Shown piece after piece: positions 44,801 through 56,800 of a stretch of 64,000 nt of DNA (position 1 is its first letter; each line of letters starts with the position of its first letter). The notes beneath the pieces were generated by a model. The model searched no databases. It had not been told where the DNA came from and worked only from the letters and a program-made list of their open reading frames with translations. The stretch covers positions 1,922,001 to 1,986,000 of the forward strand of contig NW_025767501.1 of NCBI RefSeq assembly GCF_003918875.1, read 5' to 3'. Source of the DNA: Haliotis rubra. Its lineage: Eukaryota. A program made the translations under genes and the position numbers.

Positions 44801-47800
44801 AGCAAGGAAACGTTTTGCCACAACAACTGAGAATGAAACTGAAGCAAAACGTTCGGCTAGATAAATGCGTTATCACATTGTGTCAAGGGAAATACGGGGT
44901 TTTATCATTCCATTGTGAGGTTCACAACCTTACTCAGGACTGATAAAACCCCGTATTTCCCGAGACACGATGTGATAACTTATAATATCGTGGGCCAGTG
45001 TGTGACAACGTAAGATGATCCATGTGTCTCTTGTACACATAATCATATGCAGCATGTGAACAGATGGGGGTTAATATGTTGGGCTGGGGTAAAGGGTTGC
45101 ATATACCTCAGGGTATATCATTCCTTGTGTACACACAAGACTCTGTAATTGCACATGCATACAATGAAAACATCACTTTATAATGATTGGTCAGATGGAC
45201 AAACAGAAGGTTTTGAAAGAATTTATAGAATTTCCTCTACATATGAGATATATTCCTTGTACATCATTTAATATCTGCAAAAAGTCATAAGTATAATACT
45301 ATAAGTAACCTTCAGAATGGAAGCAATAACTGAATCAACTGATATACAAATCCTCAAAAGACAGTACTCACTGAGCTATTGTGGTTTACCAATTTTACAG
45401 TTTACTTATTTTTGTAAAAGGCCAATGCAAAATATATTGTAAATCATGACTATATAAAACCAATGAATGAGTTGAAAAATCCTTAGTTGTCCTTAGAGGA
45501 GTAGTTTGTAGTTCATATGAAACCCATATAGCACAAGTTATTCTTTTGGCAAAATAACATACACTCAAAACATAAAACTCTGCCTTTTGGATTTACCAAT
45601 AAAGTTGACAATACAGGCAGGAAAACATATTTACATCAAACTGTAAGACCAAGAGGAGGAAACTCTTCCTTGACAGAATTACTTCACTTCTCATGTCAAT
45701 CTATTTACCTTTCATATTACTGCCCTTTGCAAACAGATGAGGTATGAAGGCATTTTGATAATTTTAGAGAAAATTTATCCCACATTGTAAGCATTTACTG
45801 TATCAGATACATAAACAAAGTTATAGAAAATAAACTGTGCTTGACTGCACCAGTTTGTTTCGGTAATAAATTTAAAAATTCTATAAACTATTTCAACCCT
45901 TCCTTTGTGTCCACTTCCAACAATCTGCATGACAGAAAAAACATGACACACATGTCCAGGCCAACTAGCACTTACGTCCAACGGCTCATCCTAATAGACA
46001 AGAGGATAAACAGGAATTAATTGAAAAGAACCTGATTAACAAAATCTGACTTAACTCATAAACAATTTGAAAATAAAGTGGAAAGAGCAAATTAACTTTG
46101 ACAGTGCAAATGTTTTCAATTTATAAGTGAGACAACTGTCAGCAACAAATACGTGCAAAGTCATTCATCTTCTCACAGATTTCTTCATGCCGTGTTTGAG
46201 CTAGGTACCCACGTTGTAGGGTCATTCTGTCAATATGCTGCCAAAAGAACACTGACTTTTTATACTACAAGTAGTTGTAACTATAGTCCTGTGTTTCATA
46301 CAATAGGGGGTGGCTGCAGTGTTTCACTGTGCTACATAATAAGTAGTGGTGGCCATGTCTCCATGTTTGGTATCTGACAGAACTGGTATTGGAGGAAAAC
46401 CAAGTTCTGTGGATAGTCAACTTCTTTATCGCAATGAGTGTGACGTTTCGGTTTAGGAACTAACACCGTTATCAAGCAAGTAATGGTATTGGAGGCCATG
46501 TTTCAAGAATTAACAGGTTTCAATGTTTTGTACTACATTGTATAATGAGCGTATGCTGCAATCTGATGATTCATATGGGATTCATGGGCTGGAAGTATCC
46601 TGGACTATTCACTGAGCATGAACAATTTACTGGATAAGTGACTGTTTTCTAAAAAACAATTATGCCGTTTGTTTTAGGGAAATGGCTACTATCTCAACCG
46701 AATATTAAAGAGTTTCATTTTCATTTTTTCAATATTCTGTGCATATTCAAGTTCAAGTATTGTAGGATGATGTGATGTCATCTTTTGTACACACCCGGTC
46801 AAGAGGTATTTCTCAAGCCTATCTGTAGGATGATGTGATGTCATCTTTTGTACACACCCGGTCAAGAGGTATTTCTCAAGCCTATCTGTAGGATGATGTG
46901 ATGTCATCTTTTGTACACACCCTGTCAAGAGGTATTTCTCAAGCCTATCTGTAGGATGATGTGATGTCATCTTTTGTACACACCCTGTCAAGAGGTATTT
47001 CTCAAGCCTATCTGTAGGATGATGTGATGTCATCTTTTGTACACACCCTGTCAAGAGGTATTTGTCAAGCCCATCTGTAGGATGGTAAAACGCTGTGGGG
47101 CATGTGTTATACTGATGATCAATATTCGGTGGTCTGTCCATCAGGATTTGCTGTTCCTTTTCTGTGTAAACAAAGCTTGATGCTGCGCTAGTAACAGTTG
47201 CTACGGGCACTTGGGAAGTGGCAAGGCTTATATAAAAACTGGATCTATGAATTGTGTCACCCTTTCTAGGGTGACTTCATGTTGACATTTTGACTACCAT
47301 TTTGAATGGATAATTTTCACTAGTGAAATGTTTAATTACCTAGCTATGATTAATTAGTTTTGCCACCAAGAAACAGGCAGTCTCCCTGTCTGGGTTAAAA
47401 GTCCATGTTTCACACTAGCTCAAACACTGATCATGCAAAACCAGTGTGCATAATGAAATAATTCCAATACATTTTTCAGATCAAGATGTGTCTTTTGCAA
47501 AGAAGAGACTATTCTAAAGGTCTGGTCATACATTAAAACTGCAATAATCATGAAATGATGCAGCAAGTATTTTAAAAATACAGAACACCAAAAGAAGATA
47601 GCTGATAGACAAATGCTACTCCCACTGTATATATTTGGGTTGAGTGCATCAAAACACTTATGAAGCACATGTGACCTGGATACTGTACTCCCTGTTAAAA
47701 GCTTCATCAACAAAATCGATCAAAAACATTTTTTTTAAGGAAAGTGCATGAAATAGTCTTTTACAAGCGAAGTTTGTGAAAGTATTTTGACTTACACCGT

Positions 47801-50800
47801 CATCGTCAAACAGTACAGCCATCTGCTGGGCATGTTTCTCTGCCATGAGTTGTTTCGACAAGTACTCGCGTGGGTTGGACAATGCATCGGCAAAGCCTGA
47901 AATTCAGCAAGTTGGAATAATTGGTTTGTATCACAGTATGGCAATCTATAAATGTGGAGAACTCAGTGTGGAGCATGCTGTACAGACCCCCTAAAAATGT
48001 ACAGTGTTGATGGATCAAGGTGCCATTGTACAAAGTGATCTTAAGGCTAAGGTGATCGCACTTCCCATAACTTACAGAGGCTCTGGACTGTCATAGCAGT
48101 AAGGTTGATTTGTACAGTGGCACCAAGGGATCATTATTACATCTGGGTTTCCAACCCAAGTTGAGCTGCTCCCTAGCTAAATGATGAAGTTCTCTTGTGA
48201 TGACTTAAGCTACTTGCCCAACAACTGTTTCCAAAGTCTGGATAAAATTCCCTCTTTTACATACATTAATAGGAAAAAGGGAGAACACTGACAGACATGG
48301 AAATTACCCATCCATGTACAATCAATACTTAGACACCATTTTTGCCATATTATACATGTCATGTTGCAGGTCTAAATTATTCCACTCAGTAATCCTCCCA
48401 GGCATGTTGGAAACAGAATATGCCATACCAGCAAATGCATCAGGAACATAGTCATTGACGCTGAGGTGAACAAACAAAGTCTGTAACGGCAGTGGCTGGT
48501 TACATTCATTACGGAGTGGAATATGGCGGTAACCTGAAATCAGGAACAAGATGGGTGAGTGAATGAATCTTGTACGGCATTGACAATCGACAACAATAGT
48601 GTACCCACATCATACCAGCTTAATAGTGGTTGATAGCAATAGTGTATTGCAAAAGTTAAAAATCAGCAATATCACACAGTAGCAGACATCAGTTAACAAC
48701 AGTTATCATTGAGCATAACCCATAGAATACACCTCTATTACATGCAAACATACTAACCTGGTCGTAGTCCTTCAACAGGTAAAACTCGATGTCCAATTAA
48801 TTTCCCTGTTTCTTCAAACACACCAATACGGATAGTCGCCAAGTTTGGCAATACCACCTGAAATCACATGATCAAACTCAAGTTTTACAAGCACAACCGT
48901 CCTTTCATCCAGTAAGTTGGATTCTTGTCTTCATGGCTATTATTAATGCAAACGAAAATGTTTATATACCACCACTGCCACCTACCTACCACATTTTTAA
49001 ACAATATTAGTGTTATATAATATTCCATCATCAAACACAAAAATCACCTACCCTATAAATTGCAATTCAGAAATAAATATTTGTAGTTTTTTTTATGAAA
49101 ATGGGATAGATGGAGTTCATCTTGCAGAAGTGAAAAACAATATGACATTTACAACAAATTTACCTTTTTGAAAACAAATGCCTCTTCACCATAGACAGGG
49201 TTAATGCCGTTAGCTGGAATGGTTTTTGTTCGGAACTTCTTTCGGACAGTGTCTGTCGGCAGTCCATACATGTCCACTTCTACATATGTGCCCACTTTCT
49301 TGTCTGACAGAAACTGTCCTGAGATTACCTGATAACATATGATGTAGTGAATGAGGTTATGATTGTACAGCAATGGGACACGTACAAAAAGGACTTGCTC
49401 AGACGCCAAGAATGGTAACCATGTATTACCTTCATGCTAACAGTGCCTGCGACAATCCCGTCCACTGTTGACTCCGCAAAGGGGTCAAAGTGGCGATCTT
49501 TTCGACGCATGAAGTCTGGTTTGAGTATGTATCCAGATCTACCATTATATTCAAATGTTCCCATATTCAACTGCATCGGGAGATCTGCAATAACAACCAG
49601 AATACAATACCGGTTAGCGAAACATATCAATGGTTCACTTCAAGCAATGCTATTATAAATCGATAAATGCATTCACCAACCTCAAACAATAACAAGTAGG
49701 AACATATTTTTCTTTCTGATCAAGACAAAATATGTGAAATTATAAAATTTAGAAAAGATATTTTGGTCAATGATAGAACATACTATTTAATATCAATCAC
49801 ATTTGTTCATCTATGCATTAAAGGGAGACTACTCTCATTCCACTCTCTGTTTAGCATACATTGTGTTCAAGGGCAAGAGTGTCTCATGATATTTGTATCA
49901 ATATTTGAAAAAGAAAACAGCAATCTTCATTTTATCACCTATCAAACAAGAAAATATTAACGTCTGTATTTTGTCAAGAAACTGAGGTGTTATCCAGTTA
50001 CTCTTTCGATGATATATTTAGGACCACATCAAACCAGCTACACCAAGAAACCTTACCCAGAGTTTGAAAGTTCAGTGCCACAAGCTGACAGCCTGCATTC
50101 CAGAAAATCTGAAAGTAAACATTATCTGTACAATAAAGGCCCTGAATTCGATTCCTGCCTGTCAGCAATTGTCATGATGGTTGATCCACATTACAATAAG
50201 CCTGGTGTTAATGAACCTCCTTTTATAACTTGAAGCATTTCTTTCCATAATATTACAGGTATTACTATGTCGCAGCAAAGTTTTGTTGATAGAAACAATG
50301 TAATATCTAAGCAGTCAATGCAAGTGTACAAGTTTACACTTGGGGTAAGGGGAGAGAAGAGTTATGGTTGATACTCATGGCAAGGGTACTGTACTGTATG
50401 GCTGATACCTGTAGCAAGGAGACTGTACAGGGTGTAAGGTTCATACCTATAGCAAGGAGACTGTACAGGGTAGTAAGGTTCATACCTGTAGCAAGGAGAC
50501 TGTACAGGGTGTAAGGTTATACCTGTAGCAAGGAGACTGTACAGGGTGTAAGGTTCATACCTGTAGCAAGGAGGCTGTACAGGGTGTAAGGTTCATACCT
50601 GTGGCATGAAGTTGCTGGAGTCCACTCGAGTTCCTTTTGGGTAGATTCGACTTAACTGGCGTTTGTTGTAGCTTTATTGAGTTAAAGAATGTCAGAACAA
50701 ACTTTATAAGCTAGATATTAGCTGGAAATGAGTGACAACTTAACCCTACATTCATCCTGAAGAATAAGATAAAATCAATTTTCATAGATGCCAGTGCTCT

Positions 50801-53800
50801 ATTTAGAGGTTTAACCCACTTTTTCAATATTGCTTTCAGATTGGGCCTGGCCAAACAAAAGAGAAGTGGAACAAAACATTCTAGAAATACTAATATTCAG
50901 CCAAATGACTGCTTCTTCAATTACATCTTTTCTCCTACATTTCTAACCAGGATTCTTCTGAAATAATCTCAGTCTTGTTACCAAGGCTGTACATTAGAAA
51001 TAACTTTTAACAATATTTCAACATTTGTTTGCAAGCACGACAGACTGTAGATAAGGATACTTGACAAATTCCACTGGGTACTGATTCAGCAAACTTGCAG
51101 CTTGTGTCTCCACAAATGATGAGATTTCGTAGCTTCTATCACGCTCTGAAACAAATGTAGAATATTTTTAAGTCAAGCAAAGGAATACCGGTACATGTTC
51201 CCACCCGACTGCAGCTGACCAGGTCACCCCCTGGGGCCCCGGATGTTGTTGATTGACGTATGTGTGGATGAACATGCACATGATGGAGGTAACTGAGAAG
51301 CAGCATCTTTCTCCAGGAACTTGCATCTTGTAATTTACGAAAGGTATTGGCAGGTGAAGAACATTAAATGCAGAATAAAATTTGCTGTTTGAACTCACTA
51401 GATATACCATTCATCAAAAACGGTATTGTGATATGTATCATGGAAAGAATGAATCTCAATTTACAGACAACCAGAAATACCACACAGCTTTCAATGGTAT
51501 TGTCCTAACACTATTTCAGGAACACAACAACTCACTCTCTGATACATCAAAGGCGTGGAAATGCACTGGTTGTATGTAGTTGACGAGGAGTGACATCTCC
51601 ATGGCAGCCTCAGCTTCCTTGCCTGCTGTACCCTGGGAAACATTAAATAATGCAACATCATCAGGTACCAGAGGATGTCCAACCATATTAAATGAGTAAA
51701 TGTTGCTTTAAGCTGCATCAGTAGTATTGCAGCTATTGATGGCTAGCAAACATATTAAGAGTGAAATGTTAAATGCCACTTTTAGAGGAGAGGTGACATA
51801 GGGTTGATCACATTCAAGATTATTGTACTTGCATAGATTCTTGCATGCATGATTGACAGCTTGTAGTAGTATGCATATGCTGGTTTTATAAAGTTCTAGC
51901 AGCTATGCCACTTTTTACCATGAATATCCCATGGTAACAACAAAGTCTTTTGGCAAGATGCAGCCTGGGGATCAAACCAGTGGCCTTCTGCTCTCCAGGC
52001 AGACACTCTATCAACAAGACTAGGTCACTTATCATTTCATGAATTATTAATTATTTATGGATCACAAAGATTTACAAATACAATAAGTTTCAACGGTTTT
52101 TCATTTTTGCAATTAAGTCAGTAAATTTATTTCAGTAGTGACAAAAAATGATGTGCATGTATTGAGGAAGTAACCCAAAGACTTGTTTCACTTAACATTA
52201 AACATGTTATGAAACATTCATTAATTTACAGCATTGGTATCAGTGTCATTAAATAATACCTATACAATAGCGGTACAAGTGGTTGAAAACAGACCTTAAT
52301 CAATAACCCCTGTTGCTGGAGTAAGAGGTTTCGAAACAGAAATATGGAACTACATTTCACTTACCCTGTCTTTTTTCACCCGCTGTCGTCTCTTCTTCTC
52401 TTCCTCTGATATCATATCAGATGGAATCTCATCTTCTTCTTCACTGTCCTCTGATTCAGATTCACTGTTGAAAATCTCCTCTTCGGCACCCCCTTCAGTC
52501 TTTGCCCCACCCTCTGATGGAGCCTCTGCCTTCTCCCCACCACCTTCACTAGAAACTGACAGAGTCTTTGTTATAGCTTTTGTTTCTGAGTCTTCTTGTG
52601 GTTTCTCTGCTGGGGGTATCTCTTCTGCAGCCTCTTCAGTGACTTTAGGTTTTGGCTCGGAGGTTTTCGCTGATACCTTGGTTGGAGTGGATTTTTCTTC
52701 TTCTGGTGCTATTAAGTACAAATCAAAACCAGTTTTAAGAACACAACTCATTAATCAGTGATTCTTCAAATAAGATAAAATGGGACAATTTTTGTGTGTT
52801 TCACATCTATCATGTTACCGTTATATAGACCATAAACATATTATTTTGGTCCAAACCCCTACTTTGCCTGTCCATGTTTTTCTATGTGGATATTCCAAAA
52901 CCATTACCTAAAATTTTGGATAACCTTGATTCATTGATCGCAGTAATTATTGTGCATTCCCATAAATCAAATGTTGTATGATGTCACTCAGCGGTACTTT
53001 GGATGTACACACACTGCCACACCTCGATAACACTGAGACAAACTCACTAATACATAATTTTATGCATACAAAATGTCATAAACAAAAAAGCTACTGTTAA
53101 CAAAATCTCAATGTCTGCTTGTCTCGGTCTCAAAAATCATAAATCATGTGGTGTAAAATGATGTCCTCTGTCAAAATTACATAACTATGGTAACCTTGTC
53201 AGGCCACTACTTATAGCTTTTTTGTTGTTTTCATAGGACAGACTACTTCACGACTCAGATACAAAACATATTCGCCTACAGCTTTAACTAAATCTTATTT
53301 AGAGTTAAAAACAATCAAGTTGCGGTTCATAAAGTGGCCCTGAACTTCTCTGTACTTGTGCAAAACACTGAGAGACAGACTTAAAGGGAAGATTGATATT
53401 GTCAAATCAAGTGCGACTCCGGGTTTTTATGTGGAGCTAGAAACTAGACTTATTGGCCATGTGACATATATGGCATCCATCGGATACAGATATACCAGGA
53501 AAGAGCTAATTCATTTAGCATCTGATTTTGCTTGTCAGTTGGGAAAACCCATGCTATATTTGTGAAATGGATATAAATATGGCAGTTTGGAGCGATGGCC
53601 AGAGTTGAAAGTTACGGGTGCCAAATCTTCCACTGAACCTTTTGCCAAAGCTAGTTCAGAGGAATGTGTCAGCAAGTATTTTGATGATCTGGCCATGATT
53701 ATGGACAAGTACAATATAAAATAAAGTCTTGCATGACCTGAAGCAATCTAATGTAGACGAAAAAGGAATTGTGGGTGTAAGAAACTCCATGGCCTGCAAG

Positions 53801-56800
53801 ATTTCTTCAGAGCGATCATTAGTCACAACAATATTGGGATGCAGAAACACTGTATTTTGTATTCATGTACACTAGAATGCAAGTGAATTTGAATGAGGTT
53901 TGTACAATGGGAAGTGAAAATGTAATTTTTAGAGTAAAATTGATATTTTATACTTTTCCTGACTCATGCTCTTTTGCTTGTCTTCTTCCTCTTGCGAACA
54001 TAGTGGAACACTTGTATCTCCTTAATTGAAGCTCCCTTCAATGTAAAATCACTAATTAGTACTCACCAAGAGTTGCCTCCCTTTGCCTTTGGCGCGGGAA
54101 AGGCGGCGCCACCTTCTGGCCTCATGCTTCACTCTCTCCTGATATAGCGAGCCCAACACTTGAATTTACAGGGAAATCCAAAGTGTTATGTGGGGAGGAT
54201 GGGAGGGCTTACCTCATGAGTCAGGATAAGTATAAAATATCAATTTTACTCTAAAAATTACATATTTTTCCTTATCCTGACTCATGCTCTTTTGCTTGTA
54301 GAATCCTACGGAAACGGAGGTGGGAAAGAACAGAATACTTTGGATTTATAAAATTAATTAGTGATTTATATATATATAACTGTAATAACCCCCCTAACGG
54401 GAACTTCATAATGGCACTGACTTAGGATAATTCCTCTACTATAAACCATAAGTTTATACATTGCCATAGATGGGGTATTACAATAATAATATACTATGAT
54501 AATAGCAATAAAGATATAAAAGCGACTCCGACAAGGAGAAGCTATACAACTGAACATAATCATCAGTATAAGCTTAAAGCTGAGTAGACTTAAGCTAAGT
54601 ATATAAATAGCCCTAAAACTCCGTAGAGTTATAAGCTAGATAATACTGGTATGAAATATACATAATAATCTCGTAAGACTATGTGTTAACGTCTACGAGG
54701 GACTGTCAACTGCTGTCTGAGGACCAAGGGACCGAAATGGTGAATACCTGAGACGTCCTCGGTGGTGATATCTCTCAGCTAGTGATTAGCAAACGCCATG
54801 TTAGATTTCCAAAAGCATCCTTCCATGATAGTATTTAATGAACAGTTACCGTGTAGAGCAAGTGTGGAAGCCAATGCCCTGATCTCATGGGGATTTGATG
54901 CTGCTGGAGGGTCGAGTCCTGCTGCCTTGTAGGCGCGAAGTATGACAGTTCTTATCCATATAGATATGGTGGTACGAGAGACTTCTGTCTGAGTTGTTGC
55001 CGATAAGGGGATGAATAATCGTTTGAGAAATCGTCGCCTTGTTTTGGAACGTCGTAAATAGATTTTGAGAGCTCTGACTGGGCATAGAGATAAGTCCAGT
55101 GTATCTTGAGATCCGAGAATCGAGGAGAGTGCAGGAATATGGAATAATCTGTCTGGTTGACCTGGCAATTGATTTTTGGCGATGAAATCCCATCTTAATC
55201 CCAGGTGCGCTGTGTTTTGATTGTCATCAAACTGTATCCTCTCATAATCGTGTGCGTGAATTTCTGACATCCTGGCTGCCGTGGCTAGGGATAACAGGAA
55301 TAGCGTTTTTTGTGAGAGAAATTGAGAAGGTTGTCGGTTCCAACGGTTCATAAGCCTCACTTGTGAGGTGTTGGAGCACTATATTCAGATCCCAAGCTGG
55401 GGCGTGGAACTTCCGCCTCTGATCTTCCAATCGGAAAGCACGTAGTAAGGCCAGTAACTCTGGCGTCTTGGTTAGCTTGACACCCGTTCTCATAGTTATC
55501 ACAGAACTAAGCGCGGCAAGATATGTTGACAATGTCGAGCCTTTTAAATGTTTGTTTTGGCGTAGGTAACACAAATAATCTGCCACTTGTGGATGTGTAG
55601 CATCTCTCGCTGTAAATCCCTTATTTGCTGCGTAATTTTCGAAACTGTGCCACTTGTCGTCGTACAAGTTACGTGTAGAATAGCGTAAGGCAAGCGTGAC
55701 TGCTTTTGCCGCTCTGGTTGAATACCCTCTCTTGTTTAAACACATTTTAATACAGTCCATACGTGAAGTTGGAATACTTCTGGGCTTCCGTGCACCTGTT
55801 TGGTGTGTGGATGTACTAATAGATTCGAGCGCTTTGGTAGCTCTAGTGTTGGTTGTCCGATTTCTTGAATTAGAATGGGAAACCACGTTCTGGCTGGCCA
55901 GTAGGGCGTGACCAAAATCAGTTGGAGGCTCTGTGTTTGTCTGATTTTCTGTAACACTTGAGGGATTATCGCTGGCGGCGGAAACGCCTATGCATTGAGG
56001 CCTTCCCAGGATATGCTTAGAGCGTCCGTTGCCCATGCTTGTGGGTCCGGGACTGGTGATACGAATGTCGGTAGCTGATTGTTGAAGCGAGTGGCGAATA
56101 GATCTACTAGCGGAGCTCCTATTTGCTTGATAATCTGTGCAAAAATTTCTGTATGGAGCATCCATTCTGTCGGTGACGGTAGATGTGGCCGAGAGAGTGC
56201 GTCTGCTAGTACATTCTTGGCTCCCGGGAATGTGACATGCTCTGACATGTAAGTTGAGATCGTCGATTAGATCGAACAGTTGAAAGCATAAAGTCAATAG
56301 GTTCAGTGATCTCGTTGAGCCTTGTTTGTTCACATAAAACGCCACTGTCGAGTTGTCGGTATGAATCATCAGATGCATTTTGTAGAATGGTGCTCCAATG
56401 AAGTATGGCGTTGATTACCGCTTTCATCTCTAACATGTTTATATGGAGCTTGCTTTCTTGCTGATTCCATAACCCTGAAGCCGTCCGGTTGGCGAGATGA
56501 GCTCCCAAGCCTGGAGTGACGCCAGCGTCTACATATAGATGGGTTTTGAATTCGGCTCTGTTAAACAAATACCTTCCGCGAGACATTCGACCTCCTGGTC
56601 CACCATAGTAGATGAGGTCTGAGGTGTTTCGGTAGACTGAATGGTTGTAGGTCATCGAGATGAGCATTGATGAAGACCTGTAACGGACGTAACTGTAGTC
56701 TGCCTCTGACTGTCATGTCTTGGCTGACGTGAGGAGACCCAACAGGCTCTGCCAATGTCGTAGTGGTAACGGAGAGAGTAGGGCTAGAGGAATGGTCTGT

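Noticed and set aside
46689-47210. 173-aa ORF with 21-aa repeats
   Set aside because: An intronic 63-bp tandem repeat; the PLC splice chain is phase-consistent without it.
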